A stretch of DNA of 64,000 bases from Escherichia phage IME08. The stretch lies in the sequence record NC_014260.1. One strand, 5' to 3'. This document shows, piece after piece, positions 17,782 through 26,909 of the stretch (position 1 is its first letter; every line of letters begins with the position of its first letter). Under the pieces are notes generated by a model that ran no database searches, was not told the DNA's origin, and saw only the letters and a list, made by a program, of their open reading frames with translations. The translations under genes and the position numbers were made by a program.

Positions 17782-18222
17782 TTAACCTCGATTCATAAAA
17801 GCATTAAAAATCTGGTCATCGATTGAATAAACCGGAGCTTCCAGAATTTTCAACAGACTATTTTTGATGTACTTACTAGGGATATCCATAGTAATGCCGT
17901 CATTCAATTCATTGTCCGGGAGGATATCTTTAAATTCAAACCCATCAAACTCGACCCTATCAGGAATACCTTCAGCGAAAAAATAAACCAATTGGTGCAT
18001 TGCATTGCACGAAAATAATTTAGACTTGACCGCAATAAGTTCTTGCCAATGGTTTAATTCTCTGTTAAGAAGTTTATGAGCCATTGTAATTCTATCATCA
18101 CTATCAACAAGAAAATAACCTAGGTATTGGTGGTCGTCGCTCCAATACATCCTGTATGCTTGCGCATTTGGATTTTTACAACGAAGTTTTTTGATAACTA
18201 AATTTCTGTTAATCTTATTCAC
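17782..18222 (-). CDS. hypothetical protein
   Basis: 146 aa ORF in gene 61.x region. Confidence 0.5.
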   Translation of the reverse strand: MNKINRNLVIKKLRCKNPNAQAYRMYWSDDHQYLGYFLVDSDDRITMAHKLLNRELNHWQELIAVKSKLFSCNAMHQLVYFFAEGIPDRVEFDGFEFKDILPDNELNDGITMDIPSKYIKNSLLKILEAPVYSIDDQIFNAFMNRG

Positions 18223-18508
18223 CTGTCACCTCTTTAACGATATTTTTGTTATCGAAATTGGCATCACAATACAAAACATAGTTATATTGCATAACACCAC
18301 CTGAAGCCAATTGGTCTGACACTTCTTTAACCATATCAGGGCGGTCGCGTTTAGTGATATTCATGATATCGGCATAAATCTGATGTTCGACCGATTCTTG
18401 GTCTGCAGTCATAGACCATTCACAAAGGTCTTTATCCAATCCAGCCGTAACTGGAGCCGTACCACATGATGCTACTGTAAGGATTGCTGCGATTAATAAC
18501 TTTTTCAT
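18215..18508 (-). CDS. sp: spackle periplasmic protein
   Basis: start set at internal ATG (MKKLLIAAILTVASCG signal peptide) with GAGGAG SD; mature region DKDLCEWSMTADQ...GGVMQYNYVLYCD matches recalled T4 Sp; the longer track ORF would include the promoter. Confidence 0.8.
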   Translation of the reverse strand: MKKLLIAAILTVASCGTAPVTAGLDKDLCEWSMTADQESVEHQIYADIMNITKRDRPDMVKEVSDQLASGGVMQYNYVLYCDANFDNKNIVKEVTGE

Positions 18509-18524
18509 TTTTAACTCCTCGTTA

Positions 18525-18566
18525 GTTGATAGGTCTATAGTATCACTACCATAGACCGTTGTAAAC
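18525..18566 (-). promoter_or_regulatory. sigma70-type early promoter with full conserved block
   Basis: gttgataggtctatagtatca...gtaaac above sp. Confidence 0.7.
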
Positions 18567-18567
18567 A

Positions 18568-18807
18568 CTATTTCAGCGAATCTTCCAAATAAATTTTACG
18601 GAATTTACGTTTTGTCTGACGAATCTGACGCTTAGTAGGCTTCACAGGAAAATCGAAGAACTCTACGTATTCTTGTTCATAATCGTTGTGACCGACTGAA
18701 AGAACCAGTTCCCAGTTGCTTACAGTACGTTGGATAAACATATTATGCTTACCGAAAGATTTATTCCAAAAAGAACTAGGAGTTGGTTTCATTAATACAA
18801 TATTCAT
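18568..18807 (-). CDS. hypothetical protein with basic PTKRQIR tail
   Basis: 79 aa; KPTKRQIRQTKRKFRK. Confidence 0.45.
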   Translation of the reverse strand: MNIVLMKPTPSSFWNKSFGKHNMFIQRTVSNWELVLSVGHNDYEQEYVEFFDFPVKPTKRQIRQTKRKFRKIYLEDSLK

Positions 18808-18948
18808 TTATTCCTCGCCTTCATGTTTATGGGCAATTTCTTCGAATTCGCTGTCACAGTCTAAACAGGTTGCGTTATCCCAAGCATCAAATACCGCTTG
18901 GTCTTCAAAAACAGAACAACCACATACTACACATTCAAATTCTTCCAT
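18808..18948 (-). CDS. small zinc-ribbon protein
   Basis: 46 aa hand-translated ORF MEEFECVVCGCSVF...CLDCDSEF; GAGGA SD; stop overlaps next start. Confidence 0.5.
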   Translation of the reverse strand: MEEFECVVCGCSVFEDQAVFDAWDNATCLDCDSEFEEIAHKHEGEE

Positions 18949-19143
18949 TTAGATTTCCTCAATACGGGCATCATGTTCATAAACTTCTACGTCGTCGACA
19001 TACGCCTTAACCAAAATACTATTGACTTCAGCGAATTGGGTGGTCACCCACCCAATATCGTTTTCACGCACTGAAGCTTCTTTGGTAGCGGTATCACCGT
19101 TGGCGAAATGGCCAACAAATTTTACTTTAATTGATTCGGACAT
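18949..19143 (-). CDS. dmd: Dmd-like antitoxin (discriminator of mRNA degradation)
   Basis: 64 aa; W.TTQ.AEVN..LVKA..DD pattern matches my recollection of T4 Dmd; recollection not verified. Confidence 0.55.
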   Translation of the reverse strand: MSESIKVKFVGHFANGDTATKEASVRENDIGWVTTQFAEVNSILVKAYVDDVEVYEHDARIEEI

Positions 19144-19473
19144 TTAGATTTCCTCACAGAAGGCCCATTCAGCATGGTAAACCGTGGCGCCTTTAGTATC
19201 ATTTAAACAAACCACATCTACCGGAGCAATTACACGATAAAGACGGGGTTCTCCTCCCACTGAACGAGCTGCACGTCCAGCATAAATCTTAGCCAAACCG
19301 ATATCTTCAGTAAAGAACACACGATTCAGGTTTTTCTTACGACCGGTTTCAGACAGAACTCCTGTTTCCTCAGGAGGGCAAAGCATATTACCGATATTAG
19401 CAACACTACAACTTCCGTGATAATACACTTTATATTCTGCTTTACAGTCGATGGTTTTCATTTTGTTCTCCAA
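19144..19473 (-). CDS. hypothetical protein
   Basis: 109 aa ORF with its own early promoter. Confidence 0.55.
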   Translation of the reverse strand: MENKMKTIDCKAEYKVYYHGSCSVANIGNMLCPPEETGVLSETGRKKNLNRVFFTEDIGLAKIYAGRAARSVGGEPRLYRVIAPVDVVCLNDTKGATVYHAEWAFCEEI

Positions 19474-19514
19474 GTTGATAGGTCTATAGTATCACGCCTA
19501 CAGGAGATGTAAAC
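19474..19514 (-). promoter_or_regulatory. sigma70-type early promoter with full conserved block
   Basis: gttgataggtctatagtatca + 17 nt + gtaaac. Confidence 0.7.
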
Positions 19515-19521
19515 CCTTAAA

Positions 19522-19546
19522 AACAAAAAAGGAGCCGAAGCTCCTT
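19522..19546 (-). terminator. GGAGC-UUCG-GCUCC tetraloop hairpin + U-run
   Basis: minus strand GGAGCttcgGCTCCttttttgttttt right after the gene 41 stop. Confidence 0.65.
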
Positions 19547-20984
19547 AAAATTTGATAGATGCTGCTAAATCGTCCAAATCACTTCTATTAACACGCGTCT
19601 GTCGATTGACCTCGGCTTGACGATTCATTTCACCTGTAGCCTCACGAACAGTGTTCACTGGGCCTGGGTTGGAATCGTCTTCAACTTCGTACCAACGTTG
19701 ATTTCCTTTCTTAACACCAATCTTAAATTTGTTGTAGTAGCTCTTATCACCATAACGAGATTTAAGCTGCTTAACCATCTGCATACCCATTTGGGCAAAC
19801 TCTTCTGTCTCGACCACACCTAACATGAAGTCTGCAGTATGTGCAATACCAAAGGATTCGGCAATATCAGCCATATCGATTTCGGCTGCAACGTTCGCAC
19901 CACGAGTAGTCTGGGCTGCAGTCCACAACAATAATTTCTTCTCTACTGCCAGTCCACGTAGTTCTTCGGCTACCATCTTAATCAATCCGTAACTGTTTTC
20001 AGAGAAAACTTTCGTACGAGACGATGCACAGATGGCCAAGTAGTCGACGATAACGACCTGTGGGACAAAGTTTTGTTTGAGCTTATATTCGTTTAATAAT
20101 GCACGGAATGTATCGGCATTAGCACCACCAGTAGGGTACTGTTTAATCTTTAAACGTCCTAAGGTAGCAGTCGAACGCCATTTATCCATCTTAGCTTTAT
20201 ATTCAGGCCAAGAGACATGACCATCATCGATATCGTCTAGTGATACATCCAGAAGGTTGGCATCGATACGCTTAGCACATACTTCCTCTGCCATCTCCAT
20301 GGAGATATAAAGAACATCGTAACCGGATTGAAGGTAATCAGCAGCCAATGAACACAGACCAAGAGACTTACCTACGTTTGTTCCTGCCAACAGTACGTTT
20401 TCAGTACCAAACTCAGCACCACCCTTGGTAATCTTATTCAGAATATTAAGACGGAACGGAACCTTACGCGCTTTATCGGAATAACTTTTGAATCGTTCTT
20501 CATAGTCATCCATCCAGTCATGACCTAATTCAGAATCGAAACAAATCGATAATGCATCACGCATGATATCTGGAATAGCACCAATACCTGGAAGTTTTCT
20601 ATTTTGTTGCTCAACCGGAAGGTCGGCATTAGTTTGGATTTCAATGATTTTTGAAGTTGCATTATACATCGCTGCTTTCTGAACGTATTTCTCCGTCTCT
20701 TTAACCAACCATTCTTGGTCTTCGGGTCTGGCATTCAGCGAACTTAAAAGCTCTTTAGCTCCTTGATGTTCGACTTCTGAAAGCGTGCTGTTATCTAATG
20801 CAATGCTCAATGCGTTCTTAGAAGGCACTGCATTATATTCATTGACGTGTTTTTTAATTTCTTTGAAAAGGGTCTTTGCAGGACCCTGGTCAAAATAAGA
20901 ATCATTCATATAAGGCCAGACCTTAGTGAAATAATCACTATTGCCTAGCAGTTGAGCCAAAATAGTTTCTACCACTTCCACCAC
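19545..20984 (-). CDS. 41: replicative DNA helicase (DnaB family)
   Basis: 479 aa; Walker A AGTNVGKS, RecA-like core; T4 gp41 size. Confidence 0.95.
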   Translation of the reverse strand: MVEVVETILAQLLGNSDYFTKVWPYMNDSYFDQGPAKTLFKEIKKHVNEYNAVPSKNALSIALDNSTLSEVEHQGAKELLSSLNARPEDQEWLVKETEKYVQKAAMYNATSKIIEIQTNADLPVEQQNRKLPGIGAIPDIMRDALSICFDSELGHDWMDDYEERFKSYSDKARKVPFRLNILNKITKGGAEFGTENVLLAGTNVGKSLGLCSLAADYLQSGYDVLYISMEMAEEVCAKRIDANLLDVSLDDIDDGHVSWPEYKAKMDKWRSTATLGRLKIKQYPTGGANADTFRALLNEYKLKQNFVPQVVIVDYLAICASSRTKVFSENSYGLIKMVAEELRGLAVEKKLLLWTAAQTTRGANVAAEIDMADIAESFGIAHTADFMLGVVETEEFAQMGMQMVKQLKSRYGDKSYYNKFKIGVKKGNQRWYEVEDDSNPGPVNTVREATGEMNRQAEVNRQTRVNRSDLDDLAASIKF

Positions 20985-21304
20985 CTCTTAGATTTAATTT
21001 TATCCAGTTCTTCTTGTATTTGCATTGTAACACATTTTTCTACATGAAGCGCTAGCTCTTCTTTTCGGTCTTCGGAAGGTGTTCCGAAATCAACCGACAC
21101 TTTTCCATCTTTCTCAATAACAATATTCATCACATAAACGATGTGAGCAGTGCCATCGGGTAAAGTAAGCATAATTTCCTGCTTAACAGAACCCATTGAC
21201 TTACGGATTATATCTAATGATTTCTCATAATAACGAGGGTCACTAGGACCCTCTTCGGTATCTTTAACAAAATTATCTAAATCAGATAAATCAGTCATGG
21301 TCAC
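20969..21304 (-). CDS. 40: gene 40-like head assembly protein
   Basis: 111 aa between uvsX and 41; positional assignment. Confidence 0.55.
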   Translation of the reverse strand: MTMTDLSDLDNFVKDTEEGPSDPRYYEKSLDIIRKSMGSVKQEIMLTLPDGTAHIVYVMNIVIEKDGKVSVDFGTPSEDRKEELALHVEKCVTMQIQEELDKIKSKRWWKW

Positions 21305-22472
21305 TCACAAAATTCATATTTTCTAAATCGTTTTCGATGTCAGCAGCGCTTTGGGTATTTCCACCTAATTTAACAGCAACGTTCTTAGAGACACGAGAGT
21401 TAATAAGGTCGTTCACTGCATCGTCAACTTCTTTAATAGAATTAATTGCACCGAGCTTATACTTATTCTCGATTGCTTCACGGAACGGGGCATGTTTAAA
21501 CAGCGGTCCCCAGAACTCAACACAATCGGTAGCTTTAGCACGCCATGCTTTTTCTTCTTGAACCATTTCGCCTGTGGTTTCGTCAAGGAATGCACGATTA
21601 TACCAACCAGCTTTAGGTTTCACGACAAAGCCGATATCAGTAGCCATTTCAAGCAATCCACTGAATGGGTCGATACCGCCTTCAAAGTTAACGGTGATAG
21701 GGAACGTTGATTTCTCTTTAACCGTACGAGATTTCTCAGCCTTCAGTGTAAAGTCATAACCTGTGAGCTCGGTACCATCTTTAACCTGACGTTTAGAGAT
21801 AAAGAACACGGTAGAAGCAGAGTACAGAATACCAGTACCACCACCCATAATCTCTTTAGGGTACATTCCACCAATTTCCATAGCCGTGTGGTTAATTGCT
21901 ACACAAGGGATGTCCTTGATGGTCAGATAAGGTGTTACGATACGGAACAGAGATTTCAGTGACTTAGCACGAGTCATATCACCTACAACTTTCTCGTTCA
22001 AAGCATCTTCAGTTTCTTTCTTAGAAGCGGTGTTACCAATGGAGTCGATAAAGATGATAACCTTTTCGCCACGAGTAATTTCTTCTAACTGGTTGGTCAT
22101 ATCAACCTTAAGCTGTTCGACTGATTGGATTGGTGTATGAACCACACGTTCCAGGTCAACACCCATCGAACGGAAATAAGATTCTGAAGCACCAAACTCA
22201 GAGTCATAGAACAAACAAATTGCGTCTGGATATTTCTTCATATATGCCGCAACCATGGTAAGTCCAAACAATGTTTTAAAGTGTTTAGATGGAGCAGCAA
22301 AGATTGTCAAACCTGATTGTAAGCCTGCATTCAACGCACCACCTAATGCAATATTCAACATAGGGATACGAGTAGGAACTTCGTCACGACCATTAAACAA
22401 TTTAGATTTGGTCAGGTCGGCAGTCATTTTAGAAGTAGAAGCTTTAATCAAACGGGATTTTAAATCGGACAT
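21291..22472 (-). CDS. uvsX: UvsX RecA-like recombinase
   Basis: 393 aa; first 15 aa MSDLKSRLIKASTSK identical to recalled T4 UvsX, homology throughout. Confidence 0.95.
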   Translation of the reverse strand: MSDLKSRLIKASTSKMTADLTKSKLFNGRDEVPTRIPMLNIALGGALNAGLQSGLTIFAAPSKHFKTLFGLTMVAAYMKKYPDAICLFYDSEFGASESYFRSMGVDLERVVHTPIQSVEQLKVDMTNQLEEITRGEKVIIFIDSIGNTASKKETEDALNEKVVGDMTRAKSLKSLFRIVTPYLTIKDIPCVAINHTAMEIGGMYPKEIMGGGTGILYSASTVFFISKRQVKDGTELTGYDFTLKAEKSRTVKEKSTFPITVNFEGGIDPFSGLLEMATDIGFVVKPKAGWYNRAFLDETTGEMVQEEKAWRAKATDCVEFWGPLFKHAPFREAIENKYKLGAINSIKEVDDAVNDLINSRVSKNVAVKLGGNTQSAADIENDLENMNFVSDHD

Positions 22473-22549
22473 TATATTTTTCCATAGGCACCATTATATT
22501 TTACTCACGTTTTAAGATAGGGTAATTATATCACTTCACATTTACAGCG

Positions 22550-22681
22550 TTATTTTATTCCTCGGTTGATAGCCTTATCGACTATCTTCCGGACTTCTCG
22601 TTTCTCGAGCCAGCATAATAATAACAAGGCTCCGAAAGAGAATAATAACAAAATTATAAAAAGCAATAAAGGACCTAGCAT
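22550..22681 (-). CDS. small single-pass membrane peptide
   Basis: 43 aa hand-translated (MLGPLLLFIILLLFSFGALLLLCWLEKRE...); GAGGA SD 6 nt upstream; ATG overlaps stop of the 297-aa ORF. Confidence 0.45.
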   Translation of the reverse strand: MLGPLLLFIILLLFSFGALLLLCWLEKREVRKIVDKAINRGIK

Positions 22682-23568
22682 ACTACGTCCTCATAACTTG
22701 GCATTTCGTGCTCAGAATGGATATGGGCACCGAAATAAATGAATTCAGCTAGACCAGGATGGAATACTAAACCAGGATTCTCATGATAAATGATATGAGG
22801 TCTTGATTTCAGAATCTGGTAATATTCAACCTTACTCGGTTTGAATTTAATAATCTCTACATCAGGACGATAGTCTTCGCGCTTAAATGAATCATTCGGG
22901 TCGGTGATATAAAGACGAGCACCTTCAGCTGCAGCTTGGTCTACAACTCTTTCGAATTGATAGCATTTATCTGAGATACGGAACGGATGGAAAATACCAT
23001 CAATTTTAATAGGCGCTAGACCTTCAGAGTAACGCTCAATTACTGCAGGATTAATTACCTTTTGGTCTACAAAAATCTTATCAGAGGATGCACCTCGTGA
23101 CACCAGGACGTCTTTCTGGCATTGATTCAGGACTGTAGTATAAATCGAACGTTCAACTGAAGACACGTCGATATCAATGAACTCATCAATATAATAACGA
23201 GGAACTTCAGGGTCCATTGTAATGTTAAAGTTGAATTGTACAGTCTGAGCACCATCATAACCTGTGATATCGGTTACTAATCCTGAGCAGTCATAGTATT
23301 CGATTAACGAATCAACGACGAACTCATTTTCAGACCAAAAATGTTTACGAGTTTCATAAGCATTTTCTTTATACCAAAGCGGCACAAAATTCAGTTCAGG
23401 AAATAATTCAATGCATTCTTTGATATCGCTCGAATTTCTAGGATAAGCCAGATAATCACCTGGGCGAGCACGGTTTAAATGGAGTTGAAAATTACCGTCC
23501 TTAAGGACGGCATATTCACCTGTTTCGTAACTACGCATACTGAAAATAGGAACGATAAACAGACTCAT
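22675..23568 (-). CDS. unknown protein occupying the beta-glucosyltransferase slot; candidate DNA-modifying transferase
   Basis: 297 aa between uvsX and gene 42 where T4 has beta-gt; no resemblance to recalled T4 beta-gt; function inferred from synteny only. Confidence 0.6.
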   Translation of the reverse strand: MSLFIVPIFSMRSYETGEYAVLKDGNFQLHLNRARPGDYLAYPRNSSDIKECIELFPELNFVPLWYKENAYETRKHFWSENEFVVDSLIEYYDCSGLVTDITGYDGAQTVQFNFNITMDPEVPRYYIDEFIDIDVSSVERSIYTTVLNQCQKDVLVSRGASSDKIFVDQKVINPAVIERYSEGLAPIKIDGIFHPFRISDKCYQFERVVDQAAAEGARLYITDPNDSFKREDYRPDVEIIKFKPSKVEYYQILKSRPHIIYHENPGLVFHPGLAEFIYFGAHIHSEHEMPSYEDVVC

Positions 23569-24263
23569 TTCAGGAATCCTCGAACGTAGTCAAAATCGCG
23601 TTCAAATACGTGTGCACTAACCATAGTATGGGAATATGTACCCAGACCAACACCACACTGTTCGGCAATAAAGGCCATCAGTTTACCTTGCAGATAGAAA
23701 TCCAGCTGCATAACGATAGCACAGTTCTGTGAACGCATATGAGTGTGTGCATACAGACGTCCATCACGAATATAATATGTTACCGAATCGGTGCATGGAT
23801 ATTCTAGGGACTCGTCAGAATCAAGGAGTGCTTGGTCTTGTTCTTGGAGAATTTGGAATACTACACGTCGTGAGTTTTCTTTTTCTTTAAGCTCTTTAAG
23901 TAAAGCTGGAAGTTGTGCGACAATGCGAGGGCCATAAAAGGTATTGAAATTCGCAGGCAATACGTCACTTTTCGGCTTATCAATGAACTTAGCAACATTA
24001 GGGTATTCCTTAAATGCTTCGGCGGCATCAGTACCACCGGAAATCATAAACTTCCAGAAAGATTCGGCATAATCATAGTTGATACGATTAATACGAGGGT
24101 CTGTGAATTTATAGGTGCTTGCATCCAGTACTTCTACCGAAGCAGAACCAATTTCATAACAACGGCCGATACGAGAATCAACTGCAAACTGTGGAGCTTC
24201 CAGGATTTCTTCGTTCATTTGCTTAAACGCGTTTTCAAAACTAACAGCGGTAATGTGTTTCAT
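23565..24263 (-). CDS. 42: dCMP hydroxymethylase-like (thymidylate synthase fold)
   Basis: 232 aa; catalytic-Cys region PCTDSVTYYIRDGRLYAHTHMRSQNCAIVMQLDFY parallels T4 gp42 MCTNTVQYLIRDKK..NMRSNDVVFGF. Confidence 0.75.
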   Translation of the reverse strand: MKHITAVSFENAFKQMNEEILEAPQFAVDSRIGRCYEIGSASVEVLDASTYKFTDPRINRINYDYAESFWKFMISGGTDAAEAFKEYPNVAKFIDKPKSDVLPANFNTFYGPRIVAQLPALLKELKEKENSRRVVFQILQEQDQALLDSDESLEYPCTDSVTYYIRDGRLYAHTHMRSQNCAIVMQLDFYLQGKLMAFIAEQCGVGLGTYSHTMVSAHVFERDFDYVRGFLK

Positions 24264-24796
24264 TTATTCACCTTATTTTCAATATATTCATTCAGACGTT
24301 TTAATTCTACCATATCGACGTTAAGCAAGTTATTATGGCCGTCGTGATTTAAGATTTTAAACACGTTTTCAAAACATGTTTCATATTGCCTGATAGTTAG
24401 GTTGAACTCATCTTTGGTTAATTTAATAAGGTCGTCTTCAAAGTCTTTATCCAGTGGATTACGGGTTAAAATAACCTCAATAATATTGAATTCAGATTTA
24501 AACCCTTTCCAATCTTCCAGTTCTACATAAGGGTCCATTTCACCACGAAGGAATCCAGAGTAAACAATATTACTAGGATATCCACGGTCTAAGATGTAGA
24601 CAAAATTAGGGTCTAAAAACTTATACAACGTCTCGACTAAAGCCTTGTCATTATCGGTCCCTAATGAAATGCATTTGCCATTAATCTTTTTAGGGAAATC
24701 AATAAGACGATATTTCTTATCAGATAAAAGTGATTCAATTAAAGTAGACTTCCCGGAATTATCCGGGCCGTCGATAACAATTATTTTTGGTTTCAC
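24260..24796 (-). CDS. P-loop kinase (dNMP/thymidylate-kinase-like or polynucleotide-kinase-like)
   Basis: 178 aa; Walker A IVIDGPDNSGKST at N-terminus. Confidence 0.7.
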   Translation of the reverse strand: MKPKIIVIDGPDNSGKSTLIESLLSDKKYRLIDFPKKINGKCISLGTDNDKALVETLYKFLDPNFVYILDRGYPSNIVYSGFLRGEMDPYVELEDWKGFKSEFNIIEVILTRNPLDKDFEDDLIKLTKDEFNLTIRQYETCFENVFKILNHDGHNNLLNVDMVELKRLNEYIENKVNK

Positions 24797-25191
24797 GGAT
24801 GATATGCCTTATAGGTTTCAAGAGTTCCTTCACGAACCATTTCTTTAAAGTGGTCAGGACGGATTGCTCGGTCATCGATGATAAAAGTATAACTCGGCTT
24901 ATGTGTAAGCAGATTATGATATTTCAATCCAATCTTTTCAAGGTTCTTAACCAATGCAGGAACTACTTCAACCAAGATTCGACCAGGGCCGCATGAAGTC
25001 ATACCACGAGCAGTGAACAATGTAATCTCGTACCCTTCATCATAAAGCTTATTAATCATAGACACCATTTCGGTGTCCGGTTTAAAGTTTTCGTAATCAC
25101 GGTCATGGTTCCAAATCGTGATTGTGTTATCGATGTCAAAACATAAATGAGGCTTATTTTCTACTCGATGTGACATTAAATTTTCTTCCAT
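24793..25191 (-). CDS. HAD-superfamily phosphatase
   Basis: 132 aa; motif I CFDIDNTIT (DxDxT) near N-terminus. Confidence 0.7.
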   Translation of the reverse strand: MEENLMSHRVENKPHLCFDIDNTITIWNHDRDYENFKPDTEMVSMINKLYDEGYEITLFTARGMTSCGPGRILVEVVPALVKNLEKIGLKYHNLLTHKPSYTFIIDDRAIRPDHFKEMVREGTLETYKAYHP

Positions 25192-26849
25192 TGTTTGTGG
25201 AGTTCAGTAGAACCTGTAGGTTTATATTTTACACCAGTTTCTTGGTCAAGCAAAACCCACTTATCAGGACAACGAGTGATAATTTGAGCCGTGATAGGGT
25301 CGCGAACTTCATCAACGAATTCACCTGTGATAAGCTTACGCTTACGAGGATGCCGCTTCAGCAGCACACTCAGTTGATATAAACCATTGTAATAAGCACC
25401 CAGAGCTTTCAGAGGGTTATTTTTAAAGTAACCTGCCAATGCCATCCAGATAACAGCAATCCAGAGCTTGTGCTTAAATGTACACATTGGAATATCATCT
25501 AATGGCATAACCTTTTCAATATCAACGAATACACGAGTTCCGTTACGAGTTAAGCCACCCCATAGAGGGTCGGAGTTAAATTTGTCATAACCATCGATAG
25601 AATAAAGCACCTTAGCTTCGTCATAAATCGCAGGGCCTTTAGAACTATTACCAAAATAACCACGTGGGTCGATGATTTTAATATCACCTTCGTCCGACAA
25701 CATAATATTACTGTAGTGCGGGTCACCATGAATAAGTTGGTACGGTTCTTTATGTTCAGACAGAATTTCTAAGGCGTGACGAAGAAGTTTTTCTGGGTCA
25801 CCTACCTTAAAGTCATTGACATGGGTAATGCCCTGTGGAGCAAAGCCTTCAATCAATCCAGCAATAGAAGCATTACGAATAAGGACCTTGTCCAATACTT
25901 CTTTCTTAACATCAGAATACCATTGCTCATCAGATGGATTATCGATAGTCCCACCGAATGAACGCAATGCACTAATGACCTTATAAACCATGAGGACTTT
26001 AGTTTCTTTAGACATAAACCGGTAGGCATCTGCCATAGTACGACCAAAGATACGTTCCATTTTAATGAATTCACCTGGAGCAAAGTCTACAATGCTCGGA
26101 ACGAATTCAGAATCAATAGAATTGTACCAATTGATTTCTTTAGATTGGATTTCTTTACCTAATTCGTTGGTAGGTACTTTAATAGCCAGATTCTCAGTGA
26201 ACTCTAATTTATTAAATTCACGGTTAATTTCAGAATCTTCATGAGCCTTAGCCAGTTTCAGTTTGTCACCGACATCAACTACAAAGTCCAGCTTACGTTC
26301 AGTCAAATGGACCATTGAATCCAGATTGTCAGCAAGGTCTTCGCCGTAATTAGAACCGTTAAAACCTGTCCAATTGGCTACTTGATACAAACCAACTACA
26401 CCGCCACCGGTACCAATTTCACGCAGGTACGGTTCTTCAAATGTAAAACGACAGTCGGTCCCATAGGTATAACAGTAGTCGTTATCCCACTCAACTTTAT
26501 GGCCCTCAGGAATGATGTCACACCAGTTAAACAGGACATTGTGCCCGATGATATCTTCAGCAATGCAATCGATAGCATGAGCTGAGCCATTGGCAACATC
26601 TACGTTACGAATAGTGAATTTAGGCTTATCGCTGGTAATCATGTTAATGGATTTAATATAACCCTTAACGAGGTCATTAAATTTGCTATGAATTACCAAA
26701 ATGATTTCATCTGATTGGTTACTATACAAATCATACAAATGTTTTAGTACTGTATGTTGTTTGTAGTTAACCAATACCTTCGGGATTTCGTTAGTAATTG
26801 GATACAACCGTGAGCCAAGACCCGCGCCTAAAATAACAACCTTTTTCAT
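25176..26849 (-). CDS. bifunctional nucleotidyltransferase / APH-choline-kinase-like kinase
   Basis: N-terminal ILGAGLGSRL sugar-phosphate nucleotidyltransferase signature; C-terminal LIHGDPHYSNIM...IIDPRGY kinase motifs; start set at MKKVVILGAG with GAGGAA SD. Confidence 0.8.
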   Translation of the reverse strand: MKKVVILGAGLGSRLYPITNEIPKVLVNYKQHTVLKHLYDLYSNQSDEIILVIHSKFNDLVKGYIKSINMITSDKPKFTIRNVDVANGSAHAIDCIAEDIIGHNVLFNWCDIIPEGHKVEWDNDYCYTYGTDCRFTFEEPYLREIGTGGGVVGLYQVANWTGFNGSNYGEDLADNLDSMVHLTERKLDFVVDVGDKLKLAKAHEDSEINREFNKLEFTENLAIKVPTNELGKEIQSKEINWYNSIDSEFVPSIVDFAPGEFIKMERIFGRTMADAYRFMSKETKVLMVYKVISALRSFGGTIDNPSDEQWYSDVKKEVLDKVLIRNASIAGLIEGFAPQGITHVNDFKVGDPEKLLRHALEILSEHKEPYQLIHGDPHYSNIMLSDEGDIKIIDPRGYFGNSSKGPAIYDEAKVLYSIDGYDKFNSDPLWGGLTRNGTRVFVDIEKVMPLDDIPMCTFKHKLWIAVIWMALAGYFKNNPLKALGAYYNGLYQLSVLLKRHPRKRKLITGEFVDEVRDPITAQIITRCPDKWVLLDQETGVKYKPTGSTELHKQWKKI

Positions 26850-26909
26850 TATCTGTTCCTCAAGTGAATGTAGGTACATTATACACTATTTTTAATAAAT
26901 TGATATTGC

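Noticed and set aside
22473-22560. Promoter for uvsX among two TATAAT hexamers upstream of its start
   Set aside because: No associated GTTTAC -35, no TATAAATA late box and no MotA box at correct spacing could be assigned unambiguously.
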